From Nitrospirota bacterium (GTDB lineage Bacteria; Nitrospirota; Thermodesulfovibrionia; Thermodesulfovibrionales; JdFR-86): 36,860 nt of DNA. A model generated the notes under the pieces. The model saw only the letters and a program-made list of their open reading frames with translations, was not told the origin of the DNA and ran no database searches. Position 1 is the first letter of the stretch, and each line of letters opens with the position of its first letter. This document shows, one piece after another, positions 36,044 to 36,860 of this stretch. Both the position numbers and the translations under genes were made by a program. The stretch covers positions 1 through 36,860 of the forward strand of contig JARRNG010000004.1 in assembly GCA_037385265.1 (NCBI GenBank), given 5' to 3'.

Positions 36044-36860
36044 ATGCCGAGGGGGTATCTGCAGACGGGTCAGAAGACCTGCCACGACACTCCGGGCCGA
36101 GAGGTCCCTTGCAGGGGCAGCGGCCAGGACGCCGAGTTCGGCAAGGGAGTCCCCTGGCCCTCGCCCAGGTTCGAGCCTCTGGGCGAGACCGTGCGGGACA
36201 CTCTGACGGGGCTAGTGTGGACGCGCGACGCCAACCCGGCGGAGTTCCCCCTATCTTGGGCGGAGGCCCTGGAGTTCGTCTCCGGGATGAATCGCGATGA
36301 GGCCTTCGGCCACTCCGACTGGCGCCTTCCCAACCGGAGAGAGCTCAGGAGCCTTATGAGCCACCAGACGAGGAAGCCGGCCCTTCCCGAGGGGCACCCC
36401 TTTGAAAACATCTTCCTAGGATGGTATTGGACCTCGACCACCGCCGCCATCAACACGGCCTTCGCCTGGTACGTACACATGGAGGGAGCCCGGATGTTCT
36501 ATGGCGGCAAGGAGCAGTTCTTCCTGCTCTGGCCCGTAAGGGGGGAGAGCACGGGGGTACTGCCCCGCACGGGGCAGGCGCGGTGTTTCGACCCGGCGGG
36601 CCGGCCCGCGGAATGCGCGGGAACTGGCCAGGACGGCGAGCTGAAGATGGGAGTTCCGTGGCCCGAGCCGCGGTTCGAGGTGGCCGGAGACGCCGTGATA
36701 GACAACCTTACCGGGCTCCGCTGGGCCAGGGCGGCAAGCCTCACGGATGGAAAATTGACCTGGCAGGGAGCCCTCGAAGCGGTGGCAAGGCTCAACGGAA
36801 GCTCGGACGCCCTGTGGCGCCTTCCGAACATCAACGAGCTGGAATCGCTCGTCGATTGCG
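36044..36860 (+). CDS. Tandem DUF1566 (Lcl C-terminal-like) domain protein, partial
   Basis: Manual translation from ATG 36044: QTGQ-x2-C...GQD...WP-x-PRF...D-x-LTGL-x-W...WRLPN-x2-EL-x-SL occurs twice, with YWTST and WPVR; frame open to the window end, so absent from the ORF track. Confidence 0.88.
   Translation, partial: MPRGYLQTGQKTCHDTPGREVPCRGSGQDAEFGKGVPWPSPRFEPLGETVRDTLTGLVWTRDANPAEFPLSWAEALEFVSGMNRDEAFGHSDWRLPNRRELRSLMSHQTRKPALPEGHPFENIFLGWYWTSTTAAINTAFAWYVHMEGARMFYGGKEQFFLLWPVRGESTGVLPRTGQARCFDPAGRPAECAGTGQDGELKMGVPWPEPRFEVAGDAVIDNLTGLRWARAASLTDGKLTWQGALEAVARLNGSSDALWRLPNINELESLVDC

Noticed and set aside
36044-36860. DUF1566 gene as part of a diversity-generating retroelement
   Set aside because: No reverse transcriptase or adenine-specific TR/VR pair in the window; the two repeats are diverged throughout.

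Overview
GC-rich bacterial chromosomal segment, almost fully coding, with no rRNA, tRNA, CRISPR array or mobile element. The gene set suggests an anaerobic diderm of the Nitrospirota/Thermodesulfovibrionia or deltaproteobacterial type (inference only). In order: partial mnmA, cysteine synthase, dienelactone hydrolase, UPF0104 flippase-like protein, single-domain response regulator, Na+/solute symporter, DksA with a histone-like tail, dppC/dppB permeases, acyltransferase, UbiD-family decarboxylase, a porC-D-A-B oxidoreductase operon running into mglB-mglA, stomatin/NfeD, hemerythrin plus a GTDC1/DUF3524 glycosyltransferase, csp, yajQ, a degenerate HD-GYP/REC/DUF4388 protein, apbE, a short uvrA, pcm, a SpeE-like membrane methyltransferase pair, fur with its own Fur box, DUF502 and a B12 radical SAM enzyme. 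The right end holds a metal-handling cluster (CopB-type P1B ATPase, an unusual membrane-anchored CxxCH cytochrome, a 2-TM four-Cys protein, a Met/Gly-repeat periplasmic protein and a SHOCT protein frameshifted by a 37-bp duplication), followed by a partial tandem-DUF1566 gene. The most notable signals are the CopB-cytochrome module, two candidate non-AUG starts (ATA for dppB, ATC for copB), frequent leaderless-type promoters, an anti-SD hairpin in the csp leader and a UvrA lacking its insertion domain.
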